From Zygnema circumcarinatum SAG 698-1b (taxonomy: Eukaryota; Plantae; Zygnematophyceae), in assembly GCA_037447605.1 (NCBI GenBank), contig CM074815.1:2542001-2606000 (forward strand): 64,000 bases of DNA, written 5' to 3'. Positions 20,440 through 31,530 of the stretch are shown here, one piece after another. The notes under the pieces were generated by a model that saw only the letters and a list, made by a program, of their open reading frames with translations, was not told the DNA's origin and did no database searches. Position 1 is the stretch's first letter; each line of letters opens with the position of its first letter. A program made the position numbers and the translations under genes.

Positions 20440-21752
20440 ACCTGAAAACTTTCGATTCAAGAGACCATCCTCATGTGAAGAAGCTTCGCGTTCCATGTCC
20501 GATCCTTCAACTGGCTCCCTCCCTCCCTCACTGAGAGAGCCATCCTTTGGTTCGCAGTTCCGTGACCCCCAACAAGCTTCAGTTGCAGAGAGCAGGCTTT
20601 GCCTCTCAGAGAGGGTTTGTCGACTCAAATTTCTTTTTTCAATTTTTGGGGCGTCACATTCGACATATTTCCTTCTAAAATCCAAAATTTCGGTATTTGA
20701 TTCTGAAGGAAGATTCGTTTTTTCTTCTCGATGTTTTTCTGAACTCGACCTTTTTGAAAATGGAGCATTGCCCGCCTGAAACTGTTTAATTTTCTCCGTA
20801 AAATTCTTAGCTTTATGAGGTGAAGTTTCGATTCTCTTTAGTTTGAATCTGTCTTCGAAGGCATCGTCGTTCCAAATCTCAAAATCGGTTGTAACGTGAG
20901 AATGTTCCTGCACAACCCAAGAAAAAAAAAGTTTTAAGAAAAGGTAATGAATTACCGACTTTTTGGATTTCATTTAGTCTTTACTTTAGGGTTTAGAGTT
21001 TCAGGTTTCAGATTTAGCGTTTAAGGGTTCAAGAGTTCGGGATCAGGGTTTAAGGTTTCAAAGGTTCAGGGTTTAAGGTATCGGGTTCAGAGTTTCGGGT
21101 TCGGGTTTAGGGTTTAAGGTTTAGAGTTCAGGAATTAAGATTCAGGAAGTAGGGTCTAGGGTTCAAGGTTCAGGAATCAGGGTTCAATATTTAGGGTTTA
21201 AGGTTCAAGGAATTAGGGTTCAGGAACTAGGGTTTAGGGTTCAAGAAATAAGGGTTCAGGAATTAGGGTTTAGGGTTCAAGGTTCAGGAATCAGGGTGCA
21301 GGATTTAGGGGTTTCGGGTTCAAGGAATTAGGGTTCAGAAATCAGGGTTTAGGGTTCAAAGAATTAGGGTTCAGGAATTAGGGTTTAGGGTTCAAGGTTT
21401 GCACGCAGTACCGCGAGCGGGCCGGCCACAACCCTCCGCTGAAAAAACGAATGGCTCGGCGCCGCGCTGAGCGGCTTCGGCTTTTTTTCAAACTCCGCGG
21501 CTTCTCTGCAAAGCTACCCACACAGCTCAAAACCCTGAACCCTGCAACCGTAATCTCAAGTAAAAAAAAAAAGCAGTCCCTCTAAAACCCTAAGAGAGAG
21601 AACGCCCGATTTGTGAGGGGCGACATCAGTTCAATTATTATTTTACACAGACTCAGAAAATTTCCCCGTGGGCAAAAAAATTACATTTCTGTCCCTCTTT
21701 TTCGCTTTCGCGCAATCGCGTCCTCCAAAGTCTGCTGAAGGCCTCCTCCCAT
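20440..21752 (-). CDS. Orphan multi-exon gene of unknown function (3' end unresolved)
   Basis: ATG at 21752 (MGGGLQQTLEDAIARKRKRGTE|gt). Plausible exon at ~21505-21415 (IEAAEFEKKPKP..GPLA|gt), then cag|EHSHVTTDFEIWNDDAFEDRFKLK.. open for ~155 aa. The junctions keep frame, but no domain was recognised. Confidence 0.35.
20985..21398. repeat. Degenerate interstitial telomere-like array (TTTAGGG/TTCAGGG/AATTAGGG variants)
   Basis: Repeated tttagggtt, ttcaggg and gaattagggttc units over ~410 bp. Confidence 0.75.
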
Positions 21753-22559
21753 TCGGGCGGGCAGTCCGGGCAGCAGGAGAAAAAAATTGGGGAAAAATAT
21801 TCTGGGGAGGGGAGACTGGGGTTTAGGGTTTAGAGCCTGCAGGGACGCGAGAACCAGAAGATCGTTAATACGATACGATATGCCACGATACGATACGATA
21901 CGATATGTCTCTATATATTGCGATATGACTACACGGCATACGATACGAAAACCTGCAGGTGCAGTACTGTTCATGGCACGGGGCAAGGCTGCCGTACATG
22001 TACGGTATCGCACGGATCGGCCCGTACAATCCTTCTCTCTCCCTCGTCCTCTCCCTCCCTCTCCCTCTGTCGTCTCCTCACCGCCCACCGCCGAGTCAAC
22101 GCCTCACATAATCCTTTGTGTGTTATTAGAAAAGTAAGGCACTTAGATTGTAAATAAGGAGACAGGAGGAAGGAATGGGGGGAAAGGGGGGAGAGAGAGG
22201 GACAGCGCAGAGAGAGAAAGTGGCGAAATCAGCACAACATAAAACTGTTCAATTGTTGTGCCACGAACATGGACCCATCTTTCTCCATGTTTGATTCAAT
22301 GAACAAACCAGCATTCGGTTATTATTGCTGAGGCAACATTCCCGAATAAAAAACATCATTTTTTGCTATCTTATGTCTTCCTCTTCCTCCGTTCTCCCAC
22401 TCCCACTCCCTCCCTCTTCCCACTCTCCCTTCCCTCTCCCTAAACCTCCCTCTCTCCCTCCTTCACTCCCTCCCTCGTTTCCTTTCTCCCTCCCTCCCTC
22501 CCTCTCCCTGACCCTCCCACTCTCACTCCCACTCCCTACCCCTCCCTCACCCTACCCCT

Positions 22560-23440
22560 CCCTACACCCTTCCTCTCCCTACCCATCCCACTCCCTACAT
22601 CTCCCTCTCCCTATCCCACCCTTCCTCTCCCTACCCCTCTCTTCCTCTCCCTATCCATCTCTCCCTCTCCTTACTCCACCCTTCCTCTCCCTACCCCTCT
22701 CTTCCTCTCCCTACCCCACCCTTCCTCTCCCTACCCCTCTCTTCCTCTCCCTATCCTTCTCTTCCTCTCCCTACCCCTCTCTCCCTCTCCCTACCCCACC
22801 CGTCCGCTCCCTACCCCTCTCTTCCTCTCCCTACCCCTCTCTCCCTCTCCCTACCCCTCTCTTCCTCTCCCTACCCCTCTCTTCCTCTCCCTACCCCTCT
22901 CTCCCTCTCCCTACGCCACTCTTCCTCTCCCTACCCCTCTCTTCCCTCTCTTCCTCTCCCTACCCCTCTCTCCCTCTCCCTCCCCCCCTCCCCCTCTCCC
23001 TACCCCTCTCTTCCTCTCCCTACCCCTCTCTTCCTCTCCCTACCCCTCTCTCCCTCTCCCTACCCCACCCTTCCTCTCCCTACCCCTCTCTTCCTCTCCC
23101 TACCCCACCCTTCCTCTCCCTACCCCTCTCTCCCTCTCCCTACCCCACCCTTCCTCTCCCTACCCCTCTCTTCCTCTCCCTATCCTTCTCTTCCTCTCCC
23201 TACCCCTCTCTCCCTCTCCCTACCCCACCCTTCCTCTCCCTACCCCTCTCTTCCTCTCCCTACCCCTCTCTTCCTCTCCCTACCCCTCTCTTCCTCTCCC
23301 TACCCCTCTCTCCCTCTCCCTACGCCACTCTTCCTCTCCCTACCCCTCTCTTCCTCTCCCTACCCCTCTCTCCCTCTCCCTACCACACCCTTCCTCTCCC
23401 TACCCCTCTCTTCCTCTCCCTACCCCACCATTCCTCTCCC
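22560..23440. repeat. ~20-bp minisatellite (CTTCCTCTCCCTACCCCTCT variants) abutting the IDN2/FDM-like stop codon
   Basis: Dozens of tandem 20-bp units with variants such as ..CTACCCCACC. Pure pyrimidine apart from one or two A per unit. Confidence 0.9.
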
Positions 23441-23461
23441 TCCCACTCCCTTCTTCTACCA

Positions 23462-26400
23462 TCAGCGCCTCTTCTGCGTCTTTTTTCGACGGCCGTTTTC
23501 TGCTATTTGGAAGCACTCCCCGCAGTAGTCCAGAACCTCTCCCAGAGTGGCCATCCTCTTTTTCGTAAAATTCCACGGAATTTCTATGCAGTAGTTCCCG
23601 CTCGCGTTGTATTCCTCGCGTTCAAAGACCGCTCGAACCACATCGTCATACACTTCTTCTCCGTACTCCGTCTTCAACTGAAGCAGTTCCACGTTGCCGC
23701 TATCGACAACTCTCTACAAAAAAAAAAAAAAAAAAGGGGGGGAGGGGGAGAAAAAGTAAAAAAATAAAAGTCAACAAATTTCAACACATTTTTTTCAGGA
23801 GGTTGAATCTTACGTTTATTCAAAGTCAATTTCTTTTTTGAAATAAGGATTTCAGGATTAACCTTTTCTTTGCCGTTTTCTAAAATTGTTTTCAACGGCA
23901 TAAAATGTGGGAATGCGATCTTATCCTGCCACTTGGACAGAAGCTTAGCGCACTCTTCCTCCGATTTTCCCCTCTTCTCGAACTCACTCATCCACTTTTT
24001 CGCATTCAAATCCGCGGTCAAATACAAGCCGATTTTAGTCGACGTTTCAGTCATAAGATTCTTGACACAGTTTTTTCGAAGGACCTGAAATACAAATAAA
24101 AAAAAATAATAAAAAATTAGAAATTCTTTTTCACATTAAACAACACAAGTCACATCGTTCTTTGAATTGACTTTCCCATTCTGTGCCTATCCAACTTCTC
24201 ATCCCACCTTCCTAAAAGCGCACGCACGCACACACAAAAGAGAGAGATACATATGATTGACTTAATAAGATGTGTAAGTGATGATTTAACTCATGTCGAT
24301 TGATGATATCAGACACGACAAAAGGCATTGATGACGTCTATATGATATGATGATAACATCATGTAAAAAAAGAAAATGAAAAGAGAAACAAATTTACATG
24401 ACATCATTAACATATGACCTACATCATACAAACATCATCAATGCCCTTCGTCGTGTCTGACATCATCAATCAACATGAGCTAAATCACCACTTGGCATCC
24501 TAAACCAATCACACATCTCACATCTCTCTCACTCTTTAACTCTCTATCTCTTTTAAATCACTGATAACATCAACAACATCATCACCATAAAGACTATTTC
24601 ACTCACCTTTATAGCAGATTTCCTGCCTTCAACTACCTCAATGTTGAGTTCTCGTTCTGTTTTACTCAAATAATTATTTTGCATCCTCAAGTCCTCTACC
24701 TCGTCCTCTGCTCCTTCTTGAGCCTCCCGCTCCCTCCGCTGGGACTCTTCCAAATCAGACCTCAATTTCTGAATCCTTTCTTCCATATTTCTTTTCTCTG
24801 CCTGCGTTTGGTTTCAAAAAATGAAAAAACCTACGGGATTGAGAACGGAAAAAAAAAGCATTGAAATTTGTTTTTGAATAAGACTAACCACAAAATGGAA
24901 ACTCGAGAAAAGTACCAAAAAAAAAAGCAATCACCTCATGTTTTTCTGCCAGCAGGGCCCGACTCTCCTCCAATCGCTGCCTCTTGTTCCGCTCTTCGCC
25001 CTCCTAAACGCGACGATGCGAAAACCAAATGCACACACAACTGTCCATTAGAATATCGTATTTTCGGGCCAACCCCCCCTCCTCCCCTCCCTTTCCCTCC
25101 CCCTTCGCCCTCCCCTCTTCACCTACCCCCTCACTCCTCCCCCCCCACTCTCCTCCTTTCCCCCCTGCCCATCGCTCCCCTTCCCTCCCACCTCCCTTCC
25201 TTCCCTCCCACCTCCCCACCTACCCTCTCCTTCCTCCATATAAACCTTCCTCACCCTCTCGTTTCCCCTCCTCCCCCATCCGCCCCCCCATTCCTTTACC
25301 CGTCCCTCTCCCATTCCCCCTCCCTCTCCCCCCCCCCTCCTCCCCCCTCTTCCTCTCCTTGCGCAGCCCGCGGCGCACCTCTCTCTTCGCCGCCGCTTCA
25401 ATCTTTAGAAGATCTGACCCCCGCCCTCAAAGAAATGTGTTACCACTCACATGAAAATAAATTACGTAAGACTATCTGAAAAAAATGTACAGATTCTCTC
25501 TCTCTCTCTCTCTCTCTCTCGCTCTCTCTGCACCCACCCTCTTCATGTGTCTTCTTCACCGCCTCCAGCCGTAGATTTGCGCGCTGCCTCTCGTATTCTT
25601 CAGCCTAGATGCCACACATTCTAAAGAAAAATTAAACTCACCTTCTCTCACTCTCACACTCTCTCTCTCTCATACACATACGCACACCTCCCCACGCGCG
25701 AGCGCAAAGCAAAAACAAAAAAATCTTTCACCTTTGTCTCATTATCAGTTGCTATAGCTACCCCTCTCCTCCTTCAACTCTCTCCCCGTCCAAATTCTCT
25801 CTCCCCCCCCCCTCCCCCCCGCCCTCCCCTCTCTCCACATCTCACCCGCTCTCTCATCTACTAGCAGAACTCTCACCTCAGAAAATGTTTTAGTGCACGT
25901 ATGCTTCTGAAAATAATTCTTTAAACTTGGCGGCCAACGGGATGCTTTTGGATTCCCACTCCCATCAAAAGGCAGCGTCTTTTCGCTCTGCATGTCGGCC
26001 TTTGTGACCAGCCACGCATAAAAATCCTTTCTAGTCTCGGAATAGTTTAAAAACCAATCCTGTCGTCCATGCCCGTCTTGCTTAAAGGATTTTTCCAACA
26101 TCTCAGCTTGCAATCCCATAGCCTCTTCACCGAATATTACGAGACCCACACCTGTATGGCCGTCCCGATCTGACCAAAAAAGACAAATTCTTTTTATCAA
26201 ATTTTTACACCAAAAAGTTCTCCCTTAATCCACCTCACCTGCACAACTTTTCTCTCTTCACACTCACTCGTCCTATTTAAGGCACCCTCCCTCCCTCCCT
26301 CCCTCCTTCCCCCTCCCCNNNNNNNNNNTCCCTCCCTCCCTCCCTCCCTCCCTCCCTCCGAACCAGCCTCACCATAGAAGACCCGCGCTTCGCGCACATG

Positions 26401-26561
26401 GAACTGTTTGAAGCTTTCAAAGAGTCTTTCCCGCGTCGGGCCCTCTTTGGGCCCTTTCAAGTTTGTGATCGGTGTTTGCACCATAGCCTTCCAAGGCCAA
26501 GCGTACGCTACCTCCTAAGCAAGAGAAGAGAGAGAGAGTGAGAGAGAGAGGGACAGAGAGC

Positions 26562-26615
<54 letters not shown>

Positions 26616-27587
26616 AAAGAACAGCGAGTAGAGAGGAAGCAAACCAAGCAGCGGTGAGGTGAAATGGGTCACAAAAAGAATATGAACACACTTCCAAACA
26701 AAAAAATGGATAAGAAAGACGGAACTGATTCTAAAATATGGACACTACGGACGTCACAAGGAGGAACTTTTCCCCCTCCCTCCTCCCCCGCCCCTCCCCT
26801 TCCTCCCTCCCCCCCCCCCTCCCTCCCCCTTCCCCCTTGTTACCTTCGTCACAGGCGGCACAGGCGGCAGCACTTCAATCGATTCCGCCTTCTCTTTCGA
26901 CTTCTGTTTGTCGTTTTCCGCCGCCGCCGCCTCGTAAATCGCCTTATGGACTCCGCGGGTTCGGGCGTCTCCATTGACTTGCCACGTGGCCCGGGCGTGC
27001 TCCAAGAGGTGCTGCAACTCGAATTCCTTTTTTAGTTTGCCTGCGGCAGAAAAAAATAAGTAAGGAGAATGAAAAAACCGCAGAAAAAAAGAGTAAGCAA
27101 AACAAAAATAACGAAATTGTAAATAAGAAAAAGTAAGGGGCTCATCGCTCTCTCTTTTCTCTCTATCTCTCTCTCTCTCTCTCGCTTTCTCTCTCTCTCC
27201 CTCTCTCTTTCTCTTTTCTTCATACTTCCATTAGTTCTGCTGATTCAAAAAACATAAATAGGGAGAGGGAGCGAAGAGCGAGGGAGAGAGGGAATCAGCG
27301 GAAGCATTCGAAAGGAAGTATTAAGGAGAGAGAAAAACGGTGAGAGAGACAAGCGGGAAGAAAATTGAAAACTTAAATCCTTTTAACATTCAACAACATG
27401 AAAATCTGAAAATAAAGCGAGCCATAATATTTCTATCTAGTAGCTTACCTGTACATGCTGGACATCGGTAGTTTCCGTTTGCCCACTTGATGCCTTCCGC
27501 TTTAATCTGCTCCTTCATCTTCTTGCAGGCCTCCTCCTCTTCCTCCTCCTCGAATGGAAGATCGTCAAAGTATGTAATGTCCTCCAT
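23462..27587 (-). CDS. zf-XS / XS / coiled-coil / XH protein (IDN2/FDM family, RNA-directed DNA methylation factor-like)
   Basis: zf-XS: YRCPACTG|KLKKEFELQHLLEHA..RGVHKAIYE. XS: YAWPWKAMV..GHTGVGLVIF..SFKQDGHGRQDW..FYAWLVTKAD. Glu/Arg-rich coil exons follow. XH: IGLYLTADLNAKKW..WQDKIAFPHFMPLK..LKTEYGEEVYDDVVRAVFEREEYNASGNYCIEIPWNFTKKRMATLGEV. Stop TGA at 23464-23462. Confidence 0.88.
24276..24493 (-). ncRNA. Candidate intronic hairpin RNA (pre-miRNA/hp-siRNA-like) in the IDN2/FDM-like intron 24085-24606
   Basis: Arms 24276-24348 and 24421-24493 give 63 Watson-Crick pairs plus 10 mismatches, all G:U in the minus-strand transcript. There is an inner 9-bp stem (24360-24368/24393-24401) and a U-rich loop. 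Expression is not shown. Confidence 0.5.
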
Positions 27588-28769
27588 GTAGCCTCAGTTC
27601 TGTTGCACACAACGGCTGTTTAAGGCTTGTGAAAATCACAAGGAAATACCAAAAGGAACACGGACTCTTGAAAGGGAAAACGACAAGGAAACTCTGCCAA
27701 TGAAGAAGGCTCCTTAATAGACTCCTTATGTCTCAGATAGCGAGCGCCTCCAAAAATATGGGGCTGTTTTCTCATCAGCGAAATTGTTGTTTCAGGATGT
27801 GATAGTGAATGTAAATCCTTCATTTTTTCTTGTTTGTGAAGGGACTGAGTAAAGAAAAAGTCTCTGTTGCGGGGACGCGCATGAATGCATGCGTTGCATG
27901 GTTCGATGAGATCAGAGGTGCAATGTATCTAGTCATTTTCACATTCTAGAAGATCCTGTTGCGTGCTTCGAAACAAGCCAAGATATTTTCCTGGCGATAC
28001 AAGACGATACGATACGATACGCCATGTCATCTCCCCTGAAAACGTACCGTACAATTTATCCACGTGGGCAGTGGCTGATTGCCTGTTGAGCATACAGTAC
28101 CCCATTTACTTATTCGATCCAAAAAATACCCTTAACGAATGCTGCTGCTGTACGGCAACGCAAAATTTGTGTAACAAAAAATGTTGCACTGTTGAATTCG
28201 CTGTTAAAATGAGTCAAGCTGTGGATTGAGCCTCCCTGTGCCTCTGCCCCGAAAAAGTTCTTCTTTTATTGGGAAAAAGACACACAAATTCTAAGTAAAG
28301 GCACCTAGCCAGTTAGCAAGTAGCTGCAGCACGGGGGTAGTGTGCGTAAACCATTTTTCAGACAGCCCAAAGTATTTTAGCCAATCGACTGTCGCCATTG
28401 GAGCCCACAAATGATGCTATGGCACTGGGCGGGCACATTCGTCGTTTTGGGACGTTAATATCGGGATATTCTTGTCGTATATTATTATATCGTATTGTAG
28501 GTAGAAGTGTGGAACTGTACTGGTCCGAAACTGCGACATGGAGCAGGAAAGGTGAGAGTGGGGGACGGAGGGACGAGTGGGGGATAAGGAGCGAGAGAAA
28601 GAGGAGGGAGAGTGGGCGCAAAGGAGAGAGGAGAGAGACGGGAGACAGTGAGGAGAGAGACAGGGGAGAGAGAGAGGAGAGAGGCAGGGGAGAGAGAGCG
28701 ACGAGAGAGAGATAGAGGAGAGAGAGTCGAGAGAGAGACGAGAGAGATAGAGGAGAGAGAGGGGAGAGC

Positions 28770-28821
<52 letters not shown>

Positions 28822-28825
28822 AGCT

Positions 28826-30726
28826 ATGGCTGCGCTCTCCCGCTCCCTCCTCAGCCCTTCCATGGCTTCGTCTCTCCAGACTGCCTTCGGCCGTACTGCC
28901 ACGTGGCAGTCTATTCTTCCTCCACCCCCCACGTCTGCCTCCCTCTGGAGGTCCCGCGTGGAGCTTCGGAGCCTGACACGTGGCAGCGATTTGGAGGCGC
29001 CGCGTCGCGTGCAGGGGAGTGCAATTCTCGCCGATGAGCCTTTGATGTCTGACACGTGGCGTGACGTGGAAGCGACAGCTGGCGGTGTGGGACCCGCCCC
29101 TGCTGATGCGCTTGAAGGTCAGTGGACTCATTTTGCAAAGCCCACATGTCTTATGGGATGCTGAACCCTCTCATCAGGGGTTTAGGGCCTTGTAGGCCTC
29201 CAGAGTTTTAGGGTTTCGTCCTTTTCCTATTAAAGATTCATAGCATCCCCTCCCTCTCCTTCTCCCTCTCCCTAACTCATTCCCAAGGAAAACCCGAAAT
29301 TTTGAAAATTTGACAGAATTCTCACGCCTGGTATTTGCCTGAACCCTTCAAATCCTGAAGACATTGAACCCCAGATTCCTGGAATTGCCCCCAATTGCCA
29401 AACTCTCCTAAATTTCTTAAACTCTACCCCCCTCCCTCCCCCCGTTCCCAAGAGCTGACCATGCGCCCCCTCGTCCTCCGTGCCGTGCAGCGGAACGGAA
29501 CGGAACGGCGGGCCGTGATTCCCATGCAGAGAGCCTGGCCAGTGAGCAGCTGGTGTTCACCAATATAACGCTGCCACCTGGCACGAACTCAAAAGTTAAA
29601 CGTGCGGAGTTTGTGAAGAGCAGTGCTGAGGTGTCGCAATGTCCGAACGACACGCGGCCGGAGTTCGCTGTGATTGGCCGATCCAATGTTGGAAAATCGT
29701 CACTCATAAACATGTTGGTCAATAGGAGAGACCTCGCTCAAACTTCAAAGAAGCCCGGTAAGATTTTTTTTTGGTTTTTTAAAGCCTTCAGACCTTCTGG
29801 TATTTGGCACGATTGGTGTATTTATAGGCTGTTTATTTTTTATGTTATTTTTTAATTGTGAGTGGCCTCGGACATGCGCAGGCAAGACGCAGCTCATTAA
29901 TCACTTCCTCATTAATGGCAGTTGGTACTTGGTCGACCTTCCGGGCTATGGGTACGTTCCCTCCCTCCCTCCTTCCCTCCCTCCCTCCCTCCCTCCCTCC
30001 CTCTCCCCCTCTCACCCTCCCTCCCTCCCTCCCTCCATCTCTCCCTCCCTCCCTCCCTCCCTCCCTCCCTCCCTCCCTCCCTCTCTTCCTCCCTCCCTCT
30101 TTCTCTCTGCAATTCTATGGTATGACGGTTTCATGATAGTATACATGTTTGGGAAATGTGACGGTAAACTGTAACGAGCTTTTACGGAACGGAGACATGG
30201 AACTCTATGCAGGTACGCGAAGGTTCCGCAAGTGAAGAGGACGATCTGGAACGAATTCACAAAGGAATATTTCTTACAGCGGAAAACGCTCGTGGCTGTG
30301 CTCCTATTGGTTGATGCTACGATTCCGCCACAACAAAGTGATTTCGAGTGTGCGGATTGGTTCGGACAAAACCAGGTGAAACCCATTCCCTATTCCCAGA
30401 TCAAAAAAAAAAAAAAACAACTATTGAAAACCCTTATTCTTCATCGTCTGTAAAGATTTAGAAATGTCTGAACCCACACTCATCCATTTCACATTTTCTG
30501 GCTTTTGTAGATTCCGATAACAATCGTTTTCACAAAATGTGACCGCCGGAAAAAGCCGAAGAATGGCGGCAAACCTCCGCACGAGAACGTGAAGGCGTTT
30601 ATAGAGGAGCTGAAAACTTACTATGCGGAGCTCCCTCCATGGATCATGACAAGTTCCGAAAACGGAATGGGAAAAGACGGACTGCTGACACATGTAGCGC
30701 AGCTCAGGAACTATTGGCAAACATGA
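28826..30726 (+). CDS. engB: Organelle-targeted (probably plastid) EngB/YsxC ribosome-biogenesis GTPase
   Basis: Ser/Arg/Ala-rich presequence, then [25 protein letters not shown] (G1), TSKKP|GKTQLINHF (G2), YLVDLPGYG|YAK (G3), LLLVDA, IVFTKCD (G4), WIMTSS. Stop TGA at 30724-30726. Confidence 0.93.
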
Positions 30727-31530
30727 ACACTTCATAAGTTTCATGAATTACGCAAATATTTCATGAACTCCATATCTCTCTTTCATAAGGAGCTTGGAGC
30801 AGCATATGTGGTGGATGGGTTGTGGAGAGCATTGCATGGAGGGATGGCCCATGATTATGGCTTCATCATTCACGTTATGGAACGCAAGTTGTATATGTAT
30901 GTTTGTGTGTGAGAGAGAGGAGAGACAGAGGGAGAGAGGGGGGGGAAGAATGAGAGGGAGGGAGAGTGGGAGGGAGGCAGAGAGGGAGTGAGATCGATCC
31001 AACCCCTCTAATTTGGTAGTATGTTTCATTTGCTGACTGAAAATTCACAAAGCATTTTATTATCACTCTTAAGCGAAAACCTAATTCCGGCATTCCTACA
31101 AACTGACCTACATTGTTCTCTTTACTCCCAACTGCAACTTACGGCAAATGAGCGACGGTGGCACTGCCTACAAATTTTTACATGTCGGTCCTAACCGGGC
31201 AGCCAAGGAAAAAAAAAACTACTTCTTGACCCTCCAACTGCACCCCGAGTCTCACTTTCTTCCGATCATCCACTGGTTGCTGACGTCATCGTTGAACTCG
31301 TTGAACTAAAGTGGCCCTAAAAACTAAGTAATAGATCTATCTCCGACTCCCGAGGGGTCCAAAAAAAAGAAAACCCCACAATCGAGTAGACCCTTAAACC
31401 CTAAACCCTCCTTAACCCTAAACCCTAAACCCAAGCAAACTATACAATTGACGGCGGAACGGAAAGCGAAGGCATGGAACGCGGCGTCCCCCTCCCGTGA
31501 TTCACATTCATTCGATTTTGACTAAAGTTT

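Noticed and set aside
22325-23767. 480-aa extensin-like SP/PY-rich ORF on +
   Set aside because: It is a read-through of a 20-bp pyrimidine minisatellite and antisense to the XH exon, with no signal peptide or SP4 motifs. Kept only as a repeat.
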